From contig CM052818.1 in NCBI GenBank assembly GCA_028534125.1, positions 19,346,001-19,410,000 on the forward strand: 64,000 bases of DNA, in the 5' to 3' direction. Shown piece by piece: positions 25,060-38,909 of the stretch. The position numbers and the translations under genes are program-made. Under the pieces are notes generated by a model. That model made no database searches and was not told the DNA's origin. It worked only from the letters and a program-made list of their open reading frames with translations. The number at the start of each line of letters is the position of its first letter. Positions within the stretch are counted from its first letter, which is position 1. Origin of the DNA: Lama glama (taxonomy: Eukaryota).

Positions 25060-25240
25060 GAATTTACACTTAGATTTAAATCCTGTCAAACACTAGCTGT
25101 ATGATGCTTGGAAGTTGCTTAACCAGTCCAAGCTTCAGCTTTCATGTCAGCAAAATGGCAGTATTTTCTACTCCTCTGGTAAAGAACTGCTTGTGAGGGC
25201 TAAGTGGAATAATGTCTGTGACGCACATAGCATGGTGTCT
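25060..25240 (+). mobile_element. MIR SINE
   Basis: actagctgtatgatgcttggaagttgcttaacc...gcttcagcttt...ttgtgagggctaagtggaataatg. Confidence 0.7.
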
Positions 25241-26666
25241 AGGATGGAGTAGATGTTTGTGTTTATTTGTTCATTTTACAAATATGTACTGAGTGCCCAT
25301 CATGTGCCAGGCCCAGTTCTAGGCACTGGGGATAAAATAATAAAACACAAAGCCTACTTCTGTTCTGTGGCTTATTCAGTCTTGGTTTCTTTTCTGCCTG
25401 TGTGTTCCCATGCACTTTCATGTTCATTAGCTCATTTTAAGTAGATATATATTCATTTATTTTATCTTTGCATCATCCTGGTCAAGTAGGGATAAAAGAG
25501 AATTAACTCCTTGTGATGGATGGAGAAACAGGCCTAGAGAGATTAGATGATTTACACAACACCACTGTAACAAACTCTAAACCACAGATGGGTATCCTGT
25601 TTCTCATCCTTGTCTCCACTGGGGACTCCATCTTCTGGCATATGTTCCAGGCAGCCCCACAATTCTTCTGGGTGCTGTGAGCTTTCTGGAGAAAGTTCCT
25701 GTTAGAGGTCTTAGCCCCTCCCACTCTCAGGTTCTGTCTATGCAGTTGAAGCGCTGAGCATCAGGGCAGAATCCTCCACCAGCATAGACAGACTGGGTCC
25801 ACTATGATGGGGAAGACAGGTAGAGAAAGTGGTAAGTGGTGACTGAGCCCAGCTCATCCCCACCCCCACCCAGCACGCAGCTACTGGCCACTTAGTTTCT
25901 CTTCTGCCAAGGTGCCTCTCATCCCTTCCTCCAAACTCAGTGGATAGATGAGGACCCAGCAGGATCCCTGCAGAGTGGGAAGAGCACTACGTGTATGTCT
26001 ACCTTTATATCAGGTACACAGGCTCATCAGGTGGGAAAACTTGTATTTATTGAAGCTGGCCTTCTCATTTATTAATATGTAGCAAAATTTATCCTGAGCA
26101 TAAGTCCAAGGAATGGGCAAAGTTGCTATATAAGCATTTTCATTCAGGGAAGAGTTACTTAGGATTGCAAAACACTGGGAACGAGCTAAATGTCCAACAA
26201 CAGGGGCTTCAGTGAGTCAAACTGCGGCTTTCTTACTCTGGGATGTTAGGTGGTCATTAACAATTCTACCATGAAATGTTTCTTGACCTGAGGAAATAAC
26301 TATGATTTATTGCTAAAGGGTAAAAAGCAGGCCAGAATATCAGGGAAGGCCTCCGAGAGGAGGAGGAGAAGTCCAGAGCCAGCTCTCTTTGCCACCAAAG
26401 AAAACCTGGCCTAATTTGTTTGTTTATAGAGCCATCTCTTAACCACCTAGAAGAAGTTTGTCTTCTGCAGAGGGTTTCAGAAACTGGTTTCAGATTCTCC
26501 TTTCTTCTCCGTACCTTTTTTATTTTATAACCATAATCCTTGATGTTTCCTAGGGTCCAGTAGGAGAAAGATCTGGAAATCGTGTTATTTCCTCTCAGGC
26601 TCAGCCAGGGCCTTTGCACAAGCTGTTCCAGTTGAAGGAACCAATCACCAAGCATGTATCCCCTTA

Positions 26667-26694
<28 letters not shown>
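26667..26694. repeat. (AC)14 microsatellite
   Basis: Direct reading. Confidence 0.95.
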
Positions 26695-26697
<3 letters not shown>

Positions 26698-28569
26698 CCC
26701 CAGCTCTCTGCTCAGTCATTGCTTCATCTGAGCAGCCTTCCCTGTCAGGTCAGCTTCCTCTCTAAAACATCCTCATAGCACCATGTACTTCCTTTTCCTT
26801 TGTTTCCATTTATTTCTGGAATTATCTGATGACTGTCTTTCTCCATCTATGCCATCTCTCTCCATGATGACAGGGATCATGGCTGCTGGTGCTCACCGCT
26901 CTCTCACCACCTACACAGTTCCTCTCAGTAAATGTCGGATGCACAGATAGATGACTGGCCGAGGAGATGGATGGACAGATCAGACTGCAGGATCTAACGA
27001 GCAGGAGGGAGGGGAATGATTACAGCAGGCTTGCCTCCACAGCAGAAAGGAGCTTGGAATCAGGGCTAGCTCCAGCCACAGAGCAGTAGGCAGCTGCCTG
27101 TACCGCAATTACAGGGTCACTCGGAAGGCCCTCCCCCGCCTTGGCTCCAGTGCCTGCTATTCCTTTTACAAAAAGAGACAAAGCCTTTTGTTCCCCAAAG
27201 TGTACAGAGCTCAGGCATGAATCCCACATCCCTGGGGAGGAGATAAGTGCTTACCTGCATTCCTGCTAAGGGGTAAATGACGGATAGAGCCTTTCCTAAG
27301 AACAAATTGTGATGGGATGCCATGTGTGGAGGAAGGGAGAGGAAATTTGGGAGCGAGGCTGAGACCTAAAATGGGCAAAGGACACACAGAAAGGAGTCTT
27401 AGGACCCAAGGTCAACCTTGACCCGAAGTGTCATTTTGCCTTTGCTGCACACAGTCCATCTGGGTATTAAGAACCTTTTTGGTAAATCGGGTTCTGCAAA
27501 TATTTGACGTCTGGAAAGCTTTCAACAAAGATGGTGTTCGGAAGCCTGGCTCGGAGGCCCCAGGATGACAACCTAATTACGTTCCTTTTAATAGCTCCTT
27601 CCCAAGTGCTCAGTCAGGGACATCTGCTGTGCCGTGGTTGCACCTTCAGGGAGGAATATTTTTAACACTGCGATGCCACAAAAGGAAACTTCTGAAGGCT
27701 GGATGAAAATGGCCTCTGTGTTCCCAGAGCCTCAAGGCCCAGGTAGGTAGGGCCTAATGCTCTCCCCACCCCCTTCCACCTCCAAAACAGGGCCAGGCTC
27801 CTTCTCACAGGCAGAGAAGGCGTTGACTGGCTACCAAGTGGTGATTGTTATGTGTGTGTGTTTAAAATTTTCCTTTTTCAGTTTTCCCAGAGGGATCTAA
27901 CAATGTGCCAGGCCGCCTCACCCAGCTCTCCATGTAAGCAGGGTGTCAAAATAACAACTAAGGCTGCTGCCAGCCCTCCCTGCTCAGTGCGGGGCCCTGT
28001 CACTGCTTCTTCCCCCACAGCCTGGCTGAGGATCCCCAGCACAGACCCTGGTTATTTGCTAACCAGCTGCTCAGTCTTTGGGTATTCCTTTATTCAAATT
28101 CTGGAGAGAGGGAATCCTGATTGACTCAATCTATCTTTGGCTTTAAGTGCTCTCTCTTTGGGGTACCAGAATCTGGATGCACTGGTTTTGGGTCATGTGG
28201 ACCTTCAGGGCCAACCCCTGACTGCCCTGCATAAGGACAAGCCTGTGCTGCTTTCCTGAAGGAGGTCTGGGGCCTAGGGGGCGGCCCACTGCTTGGCCCG
28301 GGCAGCACTCAGAGTGCTGTGGATGCAGTGTTGGAAAAAAAACAAGGGTGCTCTGTGGTGGGGCAAAGGCAGGATAAGACCTTGGTGGTGGGGCCCAACA
28401 GTGGCTCTCAACACCAAAGAAACAAATAATTAAGTGTTCAACAGGCACTATGATGGAAAAATCTGGGAGGTGTGTGAGGAGGGTTGAGAGGATGCAAGTG
28501 CAATAAATATGTGAACTTGGCCTTATTCACAACCTCCATCAAGGCCATGATACAAATATCAAATACTAC

Positions 28570-28750
28570 TACAACTGCTGCCTCCAACACTTACTCCATG
28601 CCAGACACTGTTCTAAGAGCCTTTCATCCATTAACTCACTTAATCCTTGAAATGCCCTCTGAGGTGAGTACCCATAAAAACACTGAGACTCAGAGCATAT
28701 CTAAAGGCAAAGTCACACAGCTAATAAGTGGAGGGGCTAGGATGTCCTCT
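28570..28750 (-). mobile_element. MIR SINE
   Basis: tgccagacactgttctaagagc...ttaactcacttaatcct...actgagactcagag...gtcacacagctaataagtgg. Confidence 0.75.
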
Positions 28751-29189
28751 TTATGACTTTGCTATACTACCTCCCTGGTAGAAGCAGATAGCAATCTCCA
28801 CCATGCTGTTTGAGGGGTACCATTCGGTCCTAACTGCCCCAGAATGTCTCCCTCAGTTCTGTCATGCTTGACATCTCCCTTAGGGTTCAGAAATGCTTGC
28901 TCTCAGTCATTAATGTTGTGGAAGACATTGTAACTTCAGAAGAGCCCTTTGCCGGCTCCCACTGGACCTTGAGTCCTAAGTGGATGCAAAATGAGCATGA
29001 AAGTTGCACTTTTAGGAGCTAGACAGTTGTCAGAGCCTGGGAGTTAAGGGAAGTGGGAAAAGCAGTGAAGGGCTCCAGGGTTAACCTTGAACTTCAGCTG
29101 AAAAAGAAGCCAATATAGGGTGTATTGTATTGAGAAGCCTCTGGGAAGAAACTTTCCACCCCAATATCATTCCACCATTATAGTTTTAG

Positions 29190-29402
29190 AACAGCCCCAA
29201 CCCACAGAACTTGCTGTGATGAAGAAAGTGTTCTATATCTGTGCTGTCCAATTTGGTAGCCACTAGCCCCGTGTGGCTGTGGAGCACTTGAAATTTGGCT
29301 AGTGTGACTGAGGAACTGAACCTTTTCTTTTACTTCATTTAAATCTAATCTAAATTTAAATTGCCACACAGGGTTATTGGCTACCATCATGGACAGGGTA
29401 CT
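29190..29402. mobile_element. MER3-like hAT-Charlie MITE
   Basis: gttctatatctgtgctgtccaat...gtagccactagcc...gagcacttgaaat...gtgactgaggaactgaa matches the recalled MER3 consensus. Confidence 0.85.
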
Positions 29403-29430
29403 TCTTGAGGCCTCATTAGAATATATATCC

Positions 29431-29558
29431 GGGGGGGGGGTGGGGTGGGGAAAGCTCAGTGGTAGAGCGCATGCTTAGCATACACAAGGTCCTGGATTCA
29501 ATCCCCAGTATCTCCACCAAAAAAACAAAAGCAAACAAAACAACAACAACAACAACAA
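29431..29558 (+). mobile_element. Camelid tRNA-Ala-derived SINE (vic-1 type)
   Basis: agctcagtggtagagcgcatgcttagcat...ggattcaatccccagta, with an A/(AAC)n tail. TSD aatatatatcc (29420-29430, 29559-29569). Confidence 0.92.
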
Positions 29559-32029
29559 AATATATATCCCACTGCGGAAGTCTCAGACCTTAAGCAATCA
29601 CCAACCAAAACACTCGTTCAGGGAGTGCAAGCCAGGGGCAGGATGTGGGAAGATGCATTTCATTTGGCCAATATGTGGCTTTAGAATCTTTAGTCTGAAT
29701 GCCTTCAGGCAGGGCAAGCACTCTCTAGTCTCCACTCCACCTAGTTTTACTCCAGGCCAGTGCACACATTTTGCCACCTCTGAAGCCATGTTTAGTTGCC
29801 ACCCCAGCCTCAGTAGAAGCCTTTGATGGGTCCCAACTTTATTTCATTGGTTCCTTACAACAGCCCCAAGATAGAGGTAGAGTTGAGATGGTTGTGTCCA
29901 TTTTATGGGTAAGAGAATGAAGGTTCCCAGAAGTCCCCAGGATTGACCCTTCTCCAAGGCTACCTCCACCCTTCCTGTCTCATTTGCATAGACACTGGAA
30001 GCCTCAGGCTTGCTTCTGGAGCTGACTTGGCCCAGCTGCAGAAACTTGCCCCGCCCTTGCCACCGGGAGCCCTCAGAGCACCTCTTCCCCAGCACTCAGG
30101 CCATTCTTGTTTTCATTCAAACATCATCTTGATTCATTTTTAATGCAACCCAGCTGCTGTCCTAAGGCTTACTTAATACACCACTTCCACTCAAGTGTGC
30201 CTCCCTGTCTGCCTGTGCTTCCAGCCTTCTGTGGTGCTTTCAAAGTTGAAGGCATTTGGGGTCCATCAGCAGATTCAACTGCAAGAACTGGGCAGGGAAA
30301 AACCCCTAACCCTCCAACTCTACCTCCACTCAGGCCTTCTTTCCACATCAACCTGATCCTAGCTCAGTCCCACTTTTCCACTGGCCCCACCCTGCTTATC
30401 TCTTGGCTTCTGGAATTTAACACCTGCTTGACCCATGCCCCATTTCTGAATGACTGCCTTTGCCCCTCTCAACCACCCATCAGGGCCTCCACTCAAGTTT
30501 CCTGCCTCCCTGACACTACAGCCCACACTGAACTCTGTCTGCCCCTCCGGCTTCCCCCCTACTCACCTTCCCTTTCTGGAGACTTCGACTTTACACTGCT
30601 GCAGGACAGTGGCCAAGCAAAGAGAACTGCCTGCAGACAGGTGTAGCTTGTGTGACCTAGGGCAAATACTTTGACCTCTCAGGGTCTGAGTCTCAGTTTC
30701 CAAAACTGGCACGTTCAGGGCTTGGACCAGATTAATGATTCTTCAAACTGTTTTTCCCAGGAGTGTTCCTCAGAGACTGCTCAGATGTCTGGGAGTGGGA
30801 GAGAGAGGGAAACCAAGTGGACAGGAACTTCAGGATTTCCCCTACCACCTTCGACCAGAGAACCCACCTTAAGCTAACAAATGATAATAGACCAGGCTTC
30901 TAAAATGCTGCTGAGAGATCAAAAACTCCAGATTATCCATAATTAGATGATCCAAAAAGATGCTTACAGCTCTAACATGGTGGAGTCAAAGGCTTTTCTC
31001 CCCATGGGTTGGTTACAGGCCATACAATCAGAGCCCAGTCATGCGTGCGTGCGTGAGGAAGGAACAGTGGACACTTTCTGTGGTGCTCTGCGTGTCTCCT
31101 CTCACTAGCCAGCCTGAAAGACTTCACCTCACATTTCTCTTGCATTCTCCAGAGAGCACCTAGCACAGGCCTGCAAGTCTGGCCTGAAACACTCCTCCTA
31201 ATTGGAAGATGCAGGAGCAGGCAGAAGTTGGGGTAAGGACCTTTGGGAGACAGAACCTGTAAACCGGACCATGCAGTATAATAAAACAAATAAAACAAAT
31301 GCCCAAGCTCTGGGGGCGAGTCTTGCCTCCTCTACTGCCTCCACTGTCTCTGACAGGGGACTTAAGTCCCTCTGAGCCTCACGTTTCTCAGCGAGATAAT
31401 AATGGTCATGGTTTGCTTATTATTTTGAAGCCAGACTTTATATCTAGACCCCCGCCTCCCGCCCTGAGGTGCCGTGCTGTCCCCGGAGGGAGAGGGGTGG
31501 AGGGATATATTAATTATTTCTTCAGAGTCCACGTAGCCCTGGTGGAAACCACAACTGAAAGGTTCAGAGCTGAGACTAGAAGCACTAGCTTGCTAATAAA
31601 ACCCACACAGTAAGATGTGTCTTATAAAAACTACCACAGAGTGACAGAGGCTAGAAGAGCTGGTTCAGGAGGGAGGGGAAAGGAAAAAGGAGGTTCACAG
31701 AGGGAAGCCATGGACCCTCTGGCCATGGGACCAGCCCTGTCTTGGCCTCCAAGCTGTCTTCCCATCTCCCAGAACCTGTGTCCGCAGACTGTGACTGGCG
31801 GAGGCCGGACACAGCATGTTCCGGGGGACAAAGGATGAAGTCAGACAGGTTTGTCTTCAGTGTTACGCTTCTTCTTTCTGTGCCCTCTCCTATCCTTCCC
31901 ATCTTCTTCAGATGCCCAGAGCCTCTGGGACAAGGAAGGAGGGTCACTCCAGGGGCAAGAAAGAAAGTGTGCATTGGAGTAGTACTGTCTCTCGGAGATA
32001 TTAGGGACCCGATGTGAGACCTCTCTCAG

Positions 32030-32460
32030 GGGCTGCATCTCCAGAGGATCCCAGAGTGAGGAATTCCCAAGCCAGAGGCTGCATGGGACCCACAAATGCT
32101 TGTGAGTTTAGTCAGATCATAACGTCAAGAATTTTGTTTAAAAAATTAATTACTGGTATTAAAAAAACAGGGATTTAAAAGACTCCTAACATAAAAATTT
32201 AGGTTTCTGGCTTCTTTAGAAAAATTGGAAGAACTGAAAGTGTTGGTCATATCTTCCCACTGGGTAAGAGTTGGCTGAGATGAGCAGCTGCCACTCTTCT
32301 TAAACATTCATTAAAACATCCACTCGCTGGTTTGCTGCAGTCCCCACCACTCACTACTGTTCCCCATTGTTATGTCTGGCCTCCTTCTCCCATTTATGCC
32401 ACTCCTGGTTCCTGTAGCATCTGAGCTTGTGACCTTTGACTTTATCCAAAGAAATTACAC
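32030..32460. mobile_element. Probable hAT-Charlie-type DNA transposon remnant
   Basis: AT-rich core aaaaatttaggtttctggcttctttagaaaaattggaaga...gagcagctgccac is similar to old Charlie MITEs. Boundaries approximate. Confidence 0.4.
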
Positions 32461-33289
32461 AGTAGGAGTTGGAGCACAGAGAACAATAAAGGCAGTATTC
32501 CTGGACAGAGAAATATCTCCTTGCTCCTAATCTCATGCCGTTTGGGAAGCTACCCTTCCTAAATGAATCCTACCACACAGCGCACAGATCATGGAGAACA
32601 TTAGACTGCCAAAGCATTTGGAAAACAATTTGTAGATCTGCCCAGCTCCCTACCCCCATAGCTAGCCCCCTCTAGCATCAACAGCTGCCCATTTCATCAG
32701 CAGCAGTGGCAGCAAATTCAGGCTCCAGCCATTCATCCTCTGTGATCCAGGAGAGAGTCAGCTTTGTGCCTGGGCCTGGCCTGACCTTGCAGTCTGTTCC
32801 ACTATCAGGGCCCTTTGCTCTGTGCCTGCTGATCACCGTGTTTGTGTAGCCCTTTGCTGAACTCCTGCCTTGGTTTCCTATCAGCCCCTCAGTGCTCTGG
32901 GAACTGTGTTCTGCCTGCCCTCCCATGCACGGTCTTTGCAGCTAAGCCCATCCCCAGACCACCAGTTGCTGCCACCAAACTCATTAAGCCGTGGGACTTC
33001 TTTACCTCTTGCATTTCTGCCTGGTCCTGTTTAGGATGCTGTCAGCACAGGCAAAGCTTGTCTAGGGAGTGGGGTTTAGGTGCGATTTCAATTCCCATTG
33101 CCCCCTCAGCCATGTGCCTTTGTGCTGGGTCCTTAGGTTCACGTGGGTCCTGAGCCCCAGCCATCCCTGTCTGGCTTCCTCCTCGCACTGACCCAGCTTC
33201 ATTTCTGATACCCATCCCCCATTCTCCCAGCACTTTCTTTTCCTCCTCATCTGACACCTAATCCTGGGGAAACAAGCGATTAATATAAT

Positions 33290-33530
33290 AATAATTAACA
33301 TGTTGAGATTCTGTCTGAGACAGTGTATGGAGCACTGCACATTCATTACTATATTTAATTCTTATTACAATCGAGAAGGTAGAACTGCTGTCCCCATTTT
33401 CCAGATGAGGAAACTGAGGTATAGTGAGATCAAGGAATTTTCCCAAGGCTTACTGCCAATGAGTGACAAAACCAGGATTCAAACCTAGGTTTGTCTGTTG
33501 CCAAAGTTTAAGCTTTTAACCACTTATCTC
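33290..33530 (-). mobile_element. MIR SINE (near full length)
   Basis: ccccattttccagatgaggaaactgagg...ccaggattcaaacctagg...cttttaaccact. Confidence 0.85.
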
Positions 33531-35054
33531 TGTTTCCCAAATCAAAGAAAGCAGGAAGAGACTCAGAGAACCCAATAATTTGTCTAAGATCACACAGCCC
33601 ATCAGTGGCAGAGCTCAAAGTCAGTCTCGGGGAAGTCTTTTGTCACCAAGTCTAAAGCTCTTTCACCCGCTGCCTCTCTCAATGCTATTTGCCTCTCAGC
33701 TCGTGGACTGCGATGGGGCTCACATGAGGCGCCCCGTAAACACATGCAGACTGAAGGACTTACCTCATCTGATTCGATATGCCTAGTTGGGGTTATTTTC
33801 TCAGAACCTCTCTCGCAATTGTTTCACTATCAGCCAGACTGCTTTTGTCTACAAACAGGTTCCATCTTAGCTTAGCCCCCACCCTCCCAGACTGAGGGCC
33901 TGGCGTTCCACCGTGGAACAATTTTCCTGAAAGGGAGATAGATGATTATAATGCATGGGATTTAATGTCCTAACATCTCAGGATAAATGTGTTTTTTAGA
34001 AAGTTTTCTGACAAGAGGAACTGGGGGTATGAGAAACTAAAGTTCTGGTTGAGGGTAGGTTGGGAGAGGACTCAGGGCTGAATCTGGCACATAAAGGGGT
34101 GAAGACAAATTTCACTTAAAGTGACTTTCCAGAGATCAGAGCTTCTTGAGCCAGCTTCCTTGAGCCCTGTGTCTCTGGGTTTGACCTTGTCTTTGGGCTC
34201 TACAGGCCCCTGGGCTAGGCCCCTTTTCCCTGCTGGCCCTCAGATTGCCCTAGAAAGAACCTGGGGACTAGTAGGGCCCTAGGATAGAGCCAGCAGAAAT
34301 GCCACCATCACACAGCTTCATACCTGTTCCCTCCGGGTGATCCTGGGCCTGGCCACAGCCCCCAGGTACAGTACTCCCAAAGGGTTCAGCTTGTTAACCT
34401 CTCTGATGGACACTAAACTGTGTGAGAGCCTGTAACGGCTTTGGATCCCCAGCTTGCCTGGTGAAAATAAGTTCCTTAGAGGCCTGTTCCAGATTTAGCT
34501 CCTGGCAGCCTGGTTGAGATTAAAGACTTTCCAGAACCTTCACTCAATTCAATTTAAATGAGCAAGGATTTACTTAGCTTCTCTGAGTGCCAACACTGTT
34601 TCTGGAGACTTCATCACCCTCCTCCTACTTCACTCCATTGTCACATCCTGCTAGCATCTGAATTTTCTTAAAGCTAGCACTGCAGAGTACTCTGAGGCTT
34701 CCGAGTAAGACAGTCTTGGGTTCAAATTCCTCTGCCACTCATCATTACATGACACTTACCATCACTGAGCTTCAGTTACTCCATCTGTAAAACATCAACC
34801 TCCGAGGGCTGTATTTGAGAATTCAATGAGATTGTGCATGAGCTCAGACCAGGGTCTACCACCAGGAAGGCCATGATGGCAGCAATCAAACCAATAAGCC
34901 AATAAAACCATAAAGCTTTCCTGCTCCCATAAAGCATGTCTTTGCTCAGATACCTTCCATAATTCGCTACAACCCATAAGGCAAAGTCCAGCCTTCTTCA
35001 CCTGGTACTCAAGGCCTTCCATGAAGGGCCACATTTCAAGTGCTTTGTAACTGG

Positions 35055-35137
35055 AGGTGGCTTGTGGCTGCTATATTGGACAGAATAGAATAGAACATTT
35101 CCATCGCTGCAGAAAGTTTATTGGGCAGCCCAGCTGT
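35055..35137. mobile_element. MER3/MER33 terminal fragment
   Basis: tgtggctgctatattggacag...tagaacatttccatcgctgcagaaagtttattgg. Confidence 0.7.
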
Positions 35138-36999
35138 AGGTAACACTATAGTTCACTCACTAACCTGAGCCCCTTTTCTTGGAGCAGATTTCAATGGTGG
35201 TCTAGGGTAAGAATGGTCAGCATGAGGGTCCTAGAAGGTGGGGAATGGGCACCACTGGGCCGGGAAAAGGAGAAAACAGAGCTCAGGGAACTGAGGTCAG
35301 ACCACAAAGGTAGCCATCAATACCTTCACTCCCCAACATGTTTCTTTTTTTTCTTCCCATTTTGGCCTTAGGCTCTGCAGGGGCGCCCTTAGAGGGTAGG
35401 GAGATAGGGGACAGCAGGGGGCCACAGTAGGAGGCTTGGGCTTTGTGGGCCTCTGTAATTTACTACATGTGACTTCTCACTGGTTAAGTATCCCTATTTC
35501 TCCAGCTGTTGGGAGGAGTAAATGACTAACACATTACTCCTGCCCAGGCACATTGGGAGAGTTTTAACATATGATAGATCCTTTTCTCACATTCAAATAA
35601 GCCTGGTATATGAAAATCTGTCTGTCAGAGAAGGTGTGCATGCATTTGTTTTTAATAAAGAAAAACAGAAGAAGAAAGATGAGCAGACCATTTCTTATAA
35701 GAGTATGCACCTTAAAGGGCATGCTCCCATCCCTCCCAAATTGGGAGATGGATAAAAGAAGGCTGACCATGAGGTGATCATTTTTGAAGCTGAGCTATAT
35801 ACTATGAAGTTTCATTATTCTATTCTCTCTCTGTGTGTGCTTGAAAATTTTCATAATAAAACAAGTTTAAAAACTAAGCACTTACTCCCACTAAACCTTA
35901 ATGTATCAAGCAGACCCCTTGCCCCGAGACTTCCAGGGAGGACTCTTGTGAAACAAGGTTCACCTGTTCCGATGAGCCAGGAGGGCAGCAGGGAGAGTGG
36001 GGAGGGGCGGAAGGTGACTGATCAGTGGATGTTTCCATCCTGGTATCTGTTTATTTTACAGGGAACCTGAGCCCGTGGCCTCTCAGGTGTCCATTCTGCT
36101 TCCCAATGAAAGGATCTGAGGCGTGGGCCCTTCTATCCTGCCAGGTTTTCCAGTTGCTTCTAGGTCTCAACCTCTGCTGGGTGGAAAGCGTCTGTCTCAT
36201 GGGGGGACGGGGGATAGCAGTGGCACAGAGTCCCTCCCAGGCTCTCTGTCCTGTACCTGCCTGTACCCACTACCCTCCTTCCTTCCTTCTTCCCTTGGCA
36301 GCTGCACCTGCCCCCACCCTCCTGTAGCCTACTGGTACCTCGCTGTCCTCACCCCTCAGGATTCCTTTGCTTCCCTAGGCCTTCTCACTGCCTGGGCCAC
36401 AGTGGGTACTTCAAGGAGCTGGGCAGTCAATCCCTCAGGGATCACCCCTGTGGGACCCTTTGCTGCACCCTATTTTGTTCTGTTTCAGGGGCTGGTCTGA
36501 TCTCTGGCTACAATGACAGTCCCGGGGCTGAGCTCTGTTATCTCCTGTATATTTCCCATAGCACCTATCATAAGGCTGGGCACCCACAGAGGAAAAATGA
36601 ATGAATGAGTAATTGGTCTGACAGGCAGTGAGCCCCTCCTTTCTCTACCCGCCACCCCCTACCCTGACTAGGGGCTCTGAGCCAAGACCAGAACCATGAG
36701 GGATGATCTTCCATTCTAATCCAACTAGGCTAGTAACTCCTAGCAGGAGTCAGCCACGGTGATGCTGTCATTCTGTCTGTCTGCCCATCCTGGTTGGAGA
36801 TGGAGTGATTTCAGCCAGAGGAGGGTAGTGGGTACTCGGAGTCTCTCCAGAGGGATACTGAGAGAGAACCGGAAGAGAAGGAGAGAGGAAAGTGGGGGGA
36901 AGTAGAAACAAGAGATGTGGGGGTGGGGAGGCACAGGGAGGAGGGTGGGAGAGAGGGAGAATGGGGGCTCAGAGAGAGAGAAGGGCCTTGCACACCCCG

Positions 37000-37445
37000 G
37001 CCTTCTGACGTTGCTATGCTGATATCCCCAACACTAATTGCTTTAATTAATAATACTGTTCTATAAAATTTCAGCAGCTGAGAGCGAGTGCAAGGAAGGA
37101 TGACATAATGCATTAATAATGCAGGCAGCCGATCGAGTTGGGCTCCTGGGGAGCTCCATTAAGGAGCCGTGGCTGCGGTCCTCACGGCCGGCCGCTAACA
37201 CTCGGGCAGGGAGGCCGGCGTCCTTGGGCCTCTGCAGACCGCGGGGCTGCGGAGCCGGAGCCGCAGAGGCGGCGCCAAGGGATGGGAGGCTGGGGACGGC
37301 TTTAGCCTCCTCCTTAACTCCGGAAAGCACCCCTCCCCCGTTCTTTGATCCGGACAATTGATGTTTTCTCAATCTTACGTAAGTGCTGCGCACGGTTGCA
37401 AGATCCCTGCCCTAAATCCCGCAACTGCCCCTTGTCGGACCCCAG
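37000..37445. promoter_or_regulatory. Small CpG-rich patch with adjoining TAAT-rich block: candidate enhancer or alternative promoter
   Basis: ctaattgctttaattaataat...ataatgcattaataatgc is directly followed by CpG-dense sequence (37125-37440). Non-repetitive. Confidence 0.55.
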
Positions 37446-38909
37446 TTCAGATTAGCAGCCCCTCCCCCACCTCCACCAATGATTTAAGTTCTGGGGCAGC
37501 ATTCCCGTTGGTTTTTACTTTTGTTTTGAAATCTCCGTCCCATTTTTTGATTTTTGTATCTGCATCTCTGTCTTTTTGCCTCGTTGTCTCTCTGTCCCCG
37601 GATTCTTAAGAGCTCTTGGGTTAGTTATCCTCTCCCTCAGGACAAAGAACCTGTCATCCAAAACACATTGAGCTGGTTTCTCTCAAGTCAGCAGGAGGGT
37701 CAGCATCAGCCAGACCCTCCCTAAGTGTCTTCACCTGGACCATCCATTCCCTCAGACTGTGCCCAGGCCACTGTGAGTGTGGAGCCAGGGACAAAGGAGC
37801 CAGCAGCCGGCGTCCCCATCCTTAAGCTGCAGGTCACTGTGCGGTGTTACAGTGGTGCAAAGCTAGTTCGTTTCCCAAGTGCTTGCAGAAACCAGGCCTA
37901 GACCATCCCAAACAAACTCACCAATTCAGGGCTTCTCTTTTTGGGGTCTAAAGAGATACTTTAGAGAGTCTCAGAACCCATGGAAATTACATACAGTAAC
38001 ATACATGCAATAATCTTTGTTACATCTGTGCTTTTCTCTGGTAAGAGTATCCATCCATCGGAGTTGCTCCCATGGGTCTGCGATGGCCCCATGATCCTGA
38101 AGCACAGCTCCAACCTCCTCGGGCAGTCAGGCCCTTAGCCAGGTCCTTAGATAACTGAGGCACTTAGATAGCTCTATCTCCCCCACCGTGGCTCTAGATG
38201 AGGTCCTCGGCTTCCCACCTGGATTTCTGCAGTCAAAGTTTGTGCCAAAAGGGGTCAAGGGTTAGAAATAAAGAAGACAAGAAGCAGCCCAACACTCATC
38301 TAAGACTCAAATGAGAATGAAAACTCGTGCTTTCAGGTCTTAGCCTCTGAGCACAGGCTGGTGCCTCTATTTCACAGTAGGACTGAAGCTTGTGCCAGCT
38401 GCTCAAAGTGTTCTGTAGAACAGCCTGCCTTTCTAAGGAAGGAAGGTAGGAGACAAACATGCGGTGGGCACTTTCTATGTGCCAGCTTCTGTCCTGAACA
38501 GTCCGGTGTGATCCTAACCGTATCTAGGGAGGCAGATCTTTCAGTCCCACTTCACTGAGGAGGAAACTGAGATTCCAAGAGGGTAAGAAACTTGAGTAAC
38601 AGAGCTAAAATGTGAACCTAAGCCTTTCTGCCACCAAAGTCCAGCTCTTTCCATTACACAGACTTGCCTGGGCTTAAATAGCTCTTGAACTCTTGGGCTT
38701 TTGGAAGGGCATTTTCTGGGTGCAACCCTGGCTAATTCCCCACCTCCAGGTTCTCATTTCTCATGATCTGTCCTCCACTTGTGCAAGTCCTACCTTCTTG
38801 TAAGACCTAACTTAATCTTACTTCCTCCATCAAACCTTTTCTAGATAATTTTGGCACAGAGTGACCTCTTTGTAGGGTGTGAGTAGATGTTAGGTATATG
38901 TCAGGGTGG

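Noticed and set aside
21050..27700. Attempt to assign the CpG island to a known gene such as NAV2 or KIRREL1
   Set aside because: I did not find their remembered N-terminal peptides, so no symbol is given.
30107..30646. 179-aa plus-strand ORF
   Set aside because: Non-ATG start, pyrimidine-rich (possibly old LINE remnant) DNA, and no recognisable protein.
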